Below are positions 53,856 through 64,000 of a stretch of 64,000 bases of DNA, piece by piece. Position numbers and translations under genes: made by a program. Each line of letters starts with the position of its first letter. Positions within the stretch are counted from its first letter, which is position 1. This DNA is from Asterias rubens (lineage: Eukaryota): positions 16,678,001 to 16,742,000 of the forward strand of contig NC_047063.1 of NCBI RefSeq assembly GCF_902459465.1, written 5' to 3'. Below the pieces are notes generated by a model, which saw nothing but the letters and a program-made list of their open reading frames with translations, was not told the origin of the DNA and did no database searches.

Positions 53856-56800
53856 TCATAATCTCGCCTGCCCAACTACAAGTTTACTGATGAGGTCATT
53901 GGTTAAATGAACGTAAGTCTTTCTCTCTGTATCCAGAAAGAAGAGGGGGTCAGATATGACATTGAGGTCAAATCCATCTTTGGCCAGGTCATTTTTCCTG
54001 TGTTTGAAGGTCACAGTGATGTCCATCTCTTTAAGGATGCGTAGAAACTTCGGATATGCGTAGAGCGGCAGAGACTTGACCACGTGACTGTATATATTGT
54101 GCAAATCAAGTCGGTGACCTTTCATGATGACAATGGCGGCCATGCCTGCCTTGCCATCATGCCCTGTACGAGGAAACAGAACACAATACTGTATTGAGCA
54201 TATTTCAATGTCTAAAGTGTTGTAACCTTTTCTGTCATTGCACATTATTTCCTGCGTGCATACCTACAGGGTCCAATTTCATAGAGCTGTAAGCGCACAA
54301 AGCAGTTAAGCACAACTAAAGTATGCTTACCAGAATAGGGTTACCAGCCTAAATACCATGTCACATGTACATCTTGTGACTGGTATCCTGCTCACTTCTG
54401 CTTAACAGAAATGTGTCAATCAATATTTTCTGCTTAAGCTGCTCTGTAGAATTGGGCCAAATTGTAAAATAATCATGACAAGCGAAAACGGTCGTAATTC
54501 TTCTATAGACGAATCAAGGTCAATCCTTCTTGCATTTTGTCCAGATAAATAAACTTTGCTTTGAAACATTTTGTCTCAAATAGTTGTTCATCTGAATTTG
54601 TTTTCGTTAAACGAAGGACGGACCTAATTCAAACTGCTCGTTCTCAGATCAAGTGTCAATTTACAGAATTGACAAACATTAGTTTGACAATGTTTGTGAT
54701 TGTTAAAATCCTGGGCCGCTGCTGACACGTTTCAATAATGTCCATGTCTGAACCACGTTGTGCACTCTGGTGAGCTCAATGCCCTGATATCCGAAACTGG
54801 ACCATTGCTCACGTCTCAGGGGTGTTTCAACAGGGACCATTGATTAGGATGAAAGAGGCATGACAGAGCTCTGCCAGAATCAGTTGTGTATGAAATCGGT
54901 TTGTTACTTGTCGATCTTTGATGAAACATAATTCCCAAACGTACTTAATAATCAAGCTTGCAAATAAGTTGAAACTTATCCAGGCAATACATGAAAGTGT
55001 CAACAGTAAGATACAAACAAACTAGACAAAAAAGCGTACCAACAAGTCAAAGTGACAACATTAACTAGGGGCGCTCCAGCAAAACATGTCCTTAATTGTT
55101 TACTAAGATTCCTACCTGGCACACGCACTCCATAGACATTAGCTTCTTGTACATCAGGGTGCAGGTTGAGTACATGAGCAACTTCTGTCGTGGCAACATT
55201 CTCGCCTTTCCACCTGAAATTAAAATGGTTGACTTATACTAAAGGTGCGACAGCCACAACAACCTCAGCAAAGTGCAGATGGGAAGGGGAAGGGTGAGTG
55301 AATTTGGTTATAGAAAGTCTCACAGGTCTATTTCTGGTTATGGTTTCAGCTCATGTTAGTTTCTTCTGTGTTTGTATTCCTGAAGTTTATGTAGTCTGCG
55401 AAAGTACAGCCTTAAAATGGCCGCATAATCTCAGTTTAGTTACAGTTACTATGAAAGTACACGTAACTGTGCGCCCAGTTGTAAGAGGTTGCAAAAAAAC
55501 CGCCTCGACCCCACAGTTTGGACATTTATATTTACAGTCCGTTATTCATTCACTGGCTTGACACAGAAAAGTTTATTGGATTATAATTCTTTATTGTCCG
55601 CATAACATATACAGATAATTTTTTTTATTAGCAATTGGAGACATTAAAAAATTATTATTATTATTATTATAATAAACATGCTCATAAAACCGAACAATAA
55701 AATTACCTTATTATTGGCCATGTCAAAGAAAAAACAAACCACAGTACTCTCTTATCGTGATGTATCTCCTTAGTTCATAGAAAAAATATACTTATAATAG
55801 GACACCTTAGCAAATTGTTCTAAAATCCAGTTGCCTTTACCCATCAAAGTACCTTTGTAGCATGTTTTTATTCGCAATATTCATATTTTGTTTATGCTGG
55901 TTCGATTAAACAAAGGCCGTCAATTCGAAGGCTACCTGGCAGGTAATTAAGCGACGAACGAGAAGAAACTGGTCAGAAACATTGCAATTAACCAGAATCT
56001 CTCTTTCACCAAATTGATATTAATTTTGTTCAATGCCCATTTTGTGCTTTTGTAGTTTTAATTGCATGTATAGTTCTATATTGTTATACTGTATGCCTTG
56101 TTTTATTAATCTCCATCTAATTTCCTTTAATATTGTCTGTTCTTAAATTGTGGCTTCAGGAGATTAACTCGATAGTAATTTAGTTTACTTCAGGGGTGCT
56201 ACTTTTTGTTTGTTCTTTCTCCTATTTGTTTGTGTATGTTTTCTTCACAATTCTTATTTTCTGTACTTTGCATCTTTACCTCTGAAATTAATAAATGAAA
56301 TGAAATGAAATGAAACAAATTCTCTTGAAGAAGTGAGTTTCATATCAACATAATCAAGTTTAGTATAAAAGGTGTCACTATTGGGAGACTTTTGGGACGC
56401 TTGGTGGCAGCAGACTTACCGGGTAATATCCATTGTTCTCGGTCATGTGCGCACGCTCAGAACTACGTAAACAATGAAAATTTACCTGGTTAGTCTGCTG
56501 CCACCTAGCGTCCCAAAGTCTCCCATTAGTAGTCATCCTATGCAACTAAGGTAAAATGCTACGAACATGAACCAACCTGAACGTATCTCCAAGTCTATCT
56601 TTGAAGTACAATTGTCCGTCTACATCATGAATCATCAAATCCCCAGTGTTGAAAAACACATCACCTTCCTTTCTCACGTTCCTCACCAGTTTCTTCTCAT
56701 TCGTCGCTTTATCTGCCAGGTAGCCTTCGAATTGACGGCCTTTGTTTAATCGAACCAGCATCAAACCTGTCTTGCCTGTCAACATAAAACATAAAAACCA

Positions 56801-59800
56801 CTATTTTTGTTTAAACCAAAATATTTGAAACCATTAAATGGTTTTAAAAACAAAATGGTTTAAACCAGGTTCAAACCACTTAAAATGGTTTAATTAACCA
56901 AAACGAGAAATACCTGGAGGTGTTGGGATGCATTTTCCGTCCACACCGCGAAGTGGTTGAGCGGACTCGACGTCACATCGAACGATATCAAATATATCGG
57001 TTAAATCCTGCCAGATAAAAGGTGGTACACAAACAGTTTGGTGGTCGTGGTTAATTAGAGGCATTGAACACGTTTGATAAACTTACTTGGTAACGAACAA
57101 CGATAAGATGTTTTCTCATGACCCACACCATACAAAACTTCAAGAATCAATTTCATCATATCTTATCATTATCAAACAATGATGAATAATTTTTCTTTAA
57201 ATTCACATCTTGCAAAGCTTCAAACATCACTTTCATCATATCTTATCCTGTCAAAACCACGGATTGTTTAGTTTTCCTTCTGCTCCAAACCACGTAAAGC
57301 TTCAAACAAGGCCTCCATTATCTTACTCTCATACCGTGCTGTATCTAGTTTTCGTTCTGCTCCACACCACACAAAGCTTCAAACATCACTTTCAAATGGC
57401 CTGTTACCCTATACCCATACCATGGCATATCTAGTTTTCTTTATAATCCACACCATGCAAAGCTTCAAACACCATCATTTTATCTTATCCTGTCAAAACC
57501 ATGATACGTTCAGTTTTCCTTTTGCTCCACACCACCTAAAGCTTCTAATATCACTTCCATTATGTCAAACTAGGCCTACTCATACTGTCCAGTTGCCTTG
57601 TGTTCCACACCACGCGAAGCTTCAATCATCACTTCCATTTTATTTACTATATAATTCCTTATTTTATGAGCAACACAATGCAAAGCGTCATTTTATGAGC
57701 CACACAATGCAAAGCGTCATACATAACTTCCATAGTTTAAGTTACTAAATACTTAATGGGAGACTTTTGGGACGCTTGGTGGCGGCAGACTTACCAGGTA
57801 AAATCCATTGTTCTCGGTAAAGTGCGTCTGCTGCCACCTAGCGTTCCAAAGTCTCCAATTGTCAAACCGCAATTTCTCCTCATGATCCACACCACAAAAA
57901 AGCTTCAAACTTCACTTTCATTATATCTTACCCTGTAAATACCGTGGTATCTCCCAACACTCCCCACTTTGCCATCCATATTCATTGATAAATACGGAGC
58001 CTCTGTAGCGCCGTAAAATTCAGCAACATGACTAATGTTGAATCGCTCCTGGAATTCCTTCCATATATCTGACCTAAGTCCATTCCCGAGGGCAAAGCGG
58101 ATTCTATGTTGTCCGTCGTCTGGACGCTATAAATAAATTTTGAAAAGGGAGGATGGTTTGTTTTGTTTTGTTATTATTGGGTAGAATGAAAGAACAATAA
58201 CTACAGAGATGGACCTGTACCTTCTACCCCCAGATTTATTATACATAGCACTTACCGACTGAGCTATCGTAACCAAAGTGTTGGATAGATCAGTTCGGTA
58301 TTAAAGGCAGTCCGCAAGTACTATGACCCCGGAGATGCCATGGCCCAACTTGCTAAGCACAAAAATGCATTAAGTACACATTGTCTTGTCTGGTGCCCAA
58401 CTCAATGATTGCTTAGCAAAGAAATTTGTCAAGCAGTATTTTCTGCTTAACGTTATGAAATAGGGCCACGTTTATTATCCTGCTCAGACCAGTTACATCT
58501 ATTATGCAACTTCTTCTGCAATTGTTTAAGACAATGTCAATAACATGGAGATAATTTCTTAGAAGATTATTTTTCCAAATGCAGCTTTCGTTGTAGTTAA
58601 GGTGTTATCTATATCAGCATCAAGTTCCTTCATCAAACAAACAATGTGAAGTTCCTTTGCAAGTGTTTTGTGACTTGCTCAGGCAGTATTAAACGTAACA
58701 CATCTGAGTTCATAAAAGTGCGCAGCGTCCTGTAAAGTAATTCATATTGTGATCTCACCAGAGGTTGTGCTAGCAGATAGCGACATATCTCCCCAATATA
58801 CTGGAAGCTAGTTGCTCGATACTTGCGGATGTCATCCCAGAATCGACTCGCTGAGAACTTAGAGATAGCGATAGTGCCACCTGATGGAGGCAGAACAAGG
58901 GTAATTCAGAAGGGTTTTAAACGTAGTGTGATTTAAAGTGTTGTTATCTAGGGACCACTACCCAGTTTTCTAGGGAAAGGTAGCAAAGCTATAGGCTACA
59001 CCTTGTTTCCTACATGTTGACATAATATAGAGTGATGTTGTTAACAGTCCATTAGTGTACACTTCTAGTAAAATTTATTTGAAGCTTAATTACGGTAAAC
59101 ATGTTATACTGATTATGTTGCAAAGAATGTATAACATTGTCCTCATACAAATTGTATTCACTGTCATTGAGGATGTCAATATGAGATAAATGTCTTAACT
59201 TGAACTTATGCTATTACGGGAATTGAGGCTGTGCATAGTGAGATCTCGTACTTAAGAATTTATCGTCGTGTCACCAAAAGTCTTGCCTGAACGTCTGAGA
59301 CTCGCATTTCGAGACTCTTGCATTACGCCAGAGTATATCAAGATTCTGACGGTCACGTGGTATGGGTGTACCGTTCCGTTGATCTCGCAATCATTTCGCC
59401 ATCAAAGTCTACGTACACGTTTATTTTATACAACATCATTTAATGTAAAAAAGTAATTACAAAAATGTAATAAATGTGACACAATGTAAGTTGTATCCTA
59501 TGCCTTCGCTGGTTATGTAAAACCAATAAATGTCCTTATCATTGCGGATAAGGACAGGGGACCAGTTAATTGGTCCTTTTCTAGGCTTTCTGCTGGCGTA
59601 TACAATTAAACGCAAAGCAGCTAACCCTTATATATAAAACACCCTCCTTACCTACTCTTACTACATTAGTAAGCCCTAAAGTGTATGCAGCACTGTGGTA
59701 AAGAGGTAGAGAGGTGTACATGACGTCATCTGGCGTCAAATCCACTTTGGACAGCAAGAAAGAGTTTCGGGTCTGGCGATTATGGGACAGATTCGCTGGT

Positions 59801-62086
59801 TTAGGAAGCCCTTGGATGACAAAAACAACAGGCACATTACACAACCTTGATATCAAAGTCTAAGTACATTATTTTGTTGTGAGGTTACTAAACATAATTG
59901 GTGATAATAAGTACATTGATTTATAAATTTCAATGAATAATCATTTGTTTTCCTTTGAAATCATTTCTCCTAAAGATATGAAGTCATAATTGAAAGGAAA
60001 AAAAACCTGGACGAAAAGGGATAGCAAACGGGAAAACTTTCAGCCGTTACAACGGAAATTAAGGACAATCTGTTTCATGCTGATAATAATGTGCTTGGGT
60101 TTCACAACGTTCTTTTACACTCACACATCGGATTAACCCATATCTTATCCGGGGTTGATATTTCTTGTAGGCCTACACAGTTTAGTTTAGTTTAGTTTAC
60201 ACATGAAGTTAAATGTATTTTTGCAATAAAATGGACAAATGGAAGAATAATGTATAGTAAAAACGGTAAAAGAAAAAGAGATACAATGGTTGATTATCAC
60301 GGAAGACATGAACATTGTCTTTGAGTGTATAATACATTTAGGCCGAATCCAAGATGGCTGCAACGGCTACGGCTGTTGCTAAGGGTGTTGCTATGTACGG
60401 ACCATACTTCAACGCATAATGAGGCGGATATCTAGCCGTAGCCGATAGCTGTAGCCGCTTATTCAGACACGGCCTAAAGGCCGAGTCACCCCTGCAGTAA
60501 TAACGAAAACTATAACGATAAAACGCAAAGAGAACACGGTCTATTGGTTGAATTGCTAGGCTCCACGCAGAATACAACCACCCTTATTCAACCAATCGAG
60601 GGCGTGCATTTTTAATTTTTTGGTCTGTGTGACCAGGCCTTCTCATGGGTACGAAAAAAAAAATGGCTGACCTGTTGTCCCAGAAGTGAATATGTACAGA
60701 GCATCGACATCGTTTGGTAGTTCATCACGTACATTCCTTGGAATAGGATCGCTGCGTTCGTTCCAAGTATCCACATGGGTCATTCGATCAGGAAGGGCTC
60801 CCTCTGGTGAGACTTTCCCAATCACCAAAACCTCCACGCCCATGGCATCTAGTTCAGTCATGATAGAGTCTAGAGCCTCAATTAGAAGCGTGTCTGGATA
60901 CACAAAGAAACGTCAGATTAATTTATGCTATGAGTGTATTTATTATATAAACACAATTTTCAATACACATTTTAAGTGGTGCTGTAGTTGGCAGTGGTAC
61001 TGTTTACACTTGGCGAAACAAAGTTCATCTTTATAAAGATATGTTCATCTGAAGGTCCAATTTTCAATTCAAACTCACATTTATTTATATATTTCATGAA
61101 CTGAGTACCAAGCCATAACAATAACTTTAAAGTAACCAATAAACATTGCTATTTTACAAGGCTGAGAATATTATAATTTGTTTAGTCTGGAAGTTTGCAG
61201 ATATCAATAACTAAAACAAGGGACAAAAACAACGTTGATAACAAAAATTCCAACCAATCTCGAGGGGCTAAATATTTGACGTTAAAATTAGTTATTAATT
61301 CACTATGAAGTGATTTTGTGCAGTCAGATTTATTAAAAGTCTGTCCCGCTCATTTTGCTCATCGGGCCGGTGTCAATACCCAGGTTACTCCCCTCCAGCT
61401 ATCGTTTGTACCCATTATGTACTCCTATGTGGAAAGAAGCAATTATGAAAAAGTGCTTTCCTCAATGATTAGTGTCGCGACTGGCCAGGCCAGGATTCGA
61501 ACCCACATTCTGTTATTTACACCCCCGTCAACTAGAGTAGGGTTGTTTCCATTACGTCATTTTGTTTGAAACTTAAAGTTAATATACCTTTGCCACATGT
61601 AATCGCCTTCACCTTGCAAGCTCTGATACCATGCAGCAGTGCATCCCCTCTGAGATTATAATTCAAGAAAGCAATCTTCAGACCCAGTTTGTTGAAGGCC
61701 AACCAAGTAAGAATGAAACTGGGTTCATTCATCATGAAAATAGCTGCAGTATCTCCACAAGCTAACGTCCGACGTCGATGTAAGAATCTAGCCAACTTGT
61801 TGGCTTCTTTATCCAAGTCACCATAAGTATGAACCCCGTCTTTGTACAAAACGAAAGCCTTCTCTGGTGTTTTCTGTGCATGCTCCTCGAAGAAGTCCAT
61901 GAGTTTGATTCCTCGTTGTTGCAGAGTCTCCTGGGTCCTTTCCAGTGATTTTGTCCTCATGATTTCACCTATGTCCTGAAACACCGTAGGTCCGTATTTG
62001 AGACGGAGGTACGAGGCGAGGGCAACTGGGATACCAGTGGTCAACGAAGCTGCGACTGCCTTGGCAACTTTTCGACTGTCAGACAT
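53856..62086 (-). CDS. SLC27A2: SLC27/FATP family very-long-chain (or bile-acid-type) acyl-CoA synthetase, 631 aa
   Basis: Exons 62086-61588, 60893-60672, 59810-59652, 58880-58759, 58126-57932, 57007-56914, 56775-56577, 55213-55116, 54163-53856; total 1896 nt. Motifs: AMP-binding [12 protein letters not shown]; YTSLPLYHS; FSASRFWDD; [10 protein letters not shown]; EFYGATE; FATP signature FFNTGDL...[22 protein letters not shown]; GHDGKAGMA. The family is certain; the exact paralogue (SLC27A2/5/6-like) is not resolved. Confidence 0.93.
56381..56526. mobile_element. MITE with approximately 35-bp TIRs
   Basis: TGGGAGACTTTTGGGACGCTTGGTGGCAGCAGACT / AGTCTGCTGCCACCTAGCGTCCCAAAGTCTCCCA. An internally deleted copy lies at 57756-57859. 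Confidence 0.8.
57115..57955. repeat. Approximately 80-bp degenerate minisatellite whose last unit overlaps the FATP exon 5 donor
   Basis: Unit CCACACCA..AAAGCTTCAAAC..CACTTTCAT..TATCTTA(T/C)CCTGT.AAA.ACC; about 8 copies, interrupted by a MITE at 57756-57859. Confidence 0.75.
60340..60477. mobile_element. Small AGGCCG-ended MITE
   Basis: TTAGGCCG...CGGCTACGGCT / AGCCGTAGCCG...CGGCCTAA inverted ends. Confidence 0.55.
61380..61515 (-). mobile_element. tRNA-type SINE fragment
   Basis: Minus strand reads GTGGGTTCGAATCC...GACAC...GAGGAAAGCACTT. A similar tRNA-like head occurs on + at about 3243-3318. Confidence 0.5.
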
Positions 62087-62800
62087 AATTGGAACAGTCA
62101 CCAGTGTGTAACACAAACAAAATGGCCTATGTACTAGTTTGCAAATGCCTTGATAACCTGTTGACCGACACACTTATTGGAAGAGTCAGTGCAACCCAAA
62201 CAAGCTTGACCTTTATGCTGTCATGTAATAAGCATTCAATCATACGTTAGAACGAATACTTTTTGCCAAAGTGTGTAGTATTTAATGTAAGGTTTTTGAC
62301 AACAATATCTCAGTAGAACTCTGTTTACTGGAGCGAAAGGATCGCACAGAATGGTGTGACTGGATCAACAACAGCACACATAAACCTGGGTTCAAACCCA
62401 CAGACCCACTTGTGCTGTTCAGGTTTACTGTAGTCACTGTTTTGAGTGCTTCGGCTCCAGTACACTGATGGCTGTAAAAACAGGTATTATGCATTATCTC
62501 ATTAGATAAACCAAAACGTACTTGTTTGCTCTATGATGGTTTATCTTAGATATGGGTTCCCTGTTATTTATTGCTCTTTGGCCATGTGTCATCACAGCTA
62601 TACTGCGTGATGTTAAAACAATAGTCTTGACTCAAGTCGGATTTTCAACTTGATTCTACAGACAATCGCGACATAACCGTGGGCACCAATTGAGGGCGTT
62701 GTCGCAACATGTTTTTACATAATACACTCGGGTTTTTTTTATGCGTGGTTCAGATAAGGCCGAAAAAGACTGAATTTCAGAAGCCATTTGGACTAACTAT

Positions 62801-62960
62801 ATATTCAAATTGAGGTCACGCTTGAAAAACGATGCTTATCAGTGCAGATAGATCACAAAGGAAACGAATGCACTGTGGGTATATTAAAATTGAGGTCACA
62901 CTTGAAAAACGATGCTCATCAGTGCATATAAATCACAAAGGAAACGAATGCACTGTGGGT
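62801..62960. promoter_or_regulatory. 80-bp tandem duplication in the FATP/CYP-C divergent promoter
   Basis: 62801-62880 and 62881-62960 match at 75/80 positions. Each has TGAGGTCA; only the gene-proximal copy has TATAAA. A regulatory role is inferred from position. Confidence 0.55.
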
Positions 62961-63065
62961 CTCCTATATTTTTCAACACCAAAGTCTATACTCTCATCGA
63001 CTACAACGTGTAAAATCTACAGAATTGAACAAATTTCAACAACACCAACAACTACTAAACTCATT

Positions 63066-64000
63066 ATGTTGAACCAAATCGTAGACTTGCTCCAGATGGT
63101 TGGTTGGCAAACGGCTGTTCTCTTCCTCGTTGTGTTCTTCATTGGACTGTACTGGATTCAGCAGCCTGTGAATCTTCCACCAGGACCGACTGGTTGGCCA
63201 GTCGTAGGCTGTGCACTAAAAGTCAAATCAGGAGAAACTCATATTGCTTTCACCAATTGGTCCAAGCAGTATGGGGTAGTGTTTAGTGTACGACTTGGCC
63301 CTCAGCTCTTCGTAGTTCTGAATGATTTACGCAGCATCAAGAAGGCCTTGCACGAGCAAGCTGATGACTTCTCCGATAGACTGGTTGTAGATTTTGCGAA
63401 ACTACTGGGAGTGGAAGGTTTTCACTCTTTTTTTATAACAAACAACCTGTTAAATTTACAAAATGTACTTTACTTTTCTCTTACCAATACTTTATTTTCC
63501 ACATAATCATGACAATACATAGATATGAAATAACAGAATAGATGGTTATTTATAGTATTAACCATAGTATAACCAACAATCATGGATGATTTCGATGATT
63601 TGTGATTAAATGGGTAAGGACGTATAACATTGTGACTTTATTGTCTCCTTTATAATAGGCAGTGTCGTTTTTGAAAATGGCACTGTTTGGAAGGAGCGTC
63701 GTCGGTTTGGTCTCGGGGCTCTGAGAAGCTTTGGTATGGGCAAGAAAAGCATCGAGCATTCCATCAACGAGGAATCACGGTACCTCCTCGACGGCTTTGC
63801 TGACAAACAAGGAAAACCATTCGATGCCACACACCTCATCAATAATGCCGTCTCCAACATCATTTGTAAAATTTGCTTCGGTTACAGGTTTGACTACTCC
63901 GACCCCAAGTTCGCTGAGCTTATTGCTATTCTCGGAGAGCAATTGTCCGATAGCTCGTCTCTGTTTGCTAACTTTAAGTCGGCTGCGTCTGAAGCTCGGA
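63066..64000 (+). CDS. Cytochrome P450, CYP2-family-like (CYP-C), 3'-partial
   Basis: Exon 1 is 63066-63417 (352 nt, the same length as exon 1 of CYP-A and CYP-B; MLNQIVDLL...LPPGPTGWP). Exon 2 starts at 63659 (WKERRRFGLGALRSFGMGKK) and runs to the window end. Confidence 0.9.

Noticed and set aside
55861-55942. Antisense (+ strand) exon formed by TTTGTAG|...CAG|GTAATT around the inverted exon copy
   Set aside because: The splice-like signals may be coincidental and no partner exons or promoter are visible; this is noted only within the inverted-copy finding.
61532-62173. Longer FATP or CYP-C N-termini suggested by the ORF track (starts at 62173 and 62832)
   Set aside because: The upstream extensions are non-homologous. 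The ATGs at 62086 and 63066 give family-typical N-termini, and CYP-C exon 1 is then exactly 352 nt like its paralogues.
62905-62960. Hammerhead ribozyme (CTGATGA on the minus strand) in the promoter repeat; a similar candidate at about 2395-2425
   Set aside because: There is no correctly placed stem II-GAAA or stem III; the motif is expected by chance.

Overview
This is intron-rich, AT-rich animal genomic DNA with no prokaryotic features. The repeat and gene content suggest an echinoderm, probably a sea star (inference). Seven genes were reconstructed by hand from GT-AG junctions with consistent reading frames: (1) the 3' part of an ABCC8/9 (SUR)-like ABC transporter (+, 27 exons, 195-18952); (2) an intronless class A GPCR (+, 20849-22051); (3) a secreted fibrinogen-related-domain (FReD) protein (-, 29727-37469); (4, 5) two complete CYP2-family P450s arranged head-to-head (CYP-A, -, 39923-45903; CYP-B, +, 49863-53406); (6) an SLC27/FATP acyl-CoA synthetase (-, 53856-62086); (7) a third CYP2-family gene running off the window end (CYP-C, +, 63066->64000). 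Introns and spacers carry many MITEs (Kolobok-like TTAA, Harbinger-like, ISL2EU-like), tRNA-derived SINEs, LINE 3' fragments, foldbacks and minisatellites. The most notable observations are: a tightly packed CYP-CYP-FATP-CYP block that may be a lipid or steroid-modifying gene cluster; a Transib (RAG1-related) relic with RSS-like ends; an inverted copy of an FATP exon inside the next intron; a 96-bp perfect identity tract between two CYP paralogues; and an intronic minisatellite built from a splice-donor junction. All family assignments come from motif recognition, not database searches.
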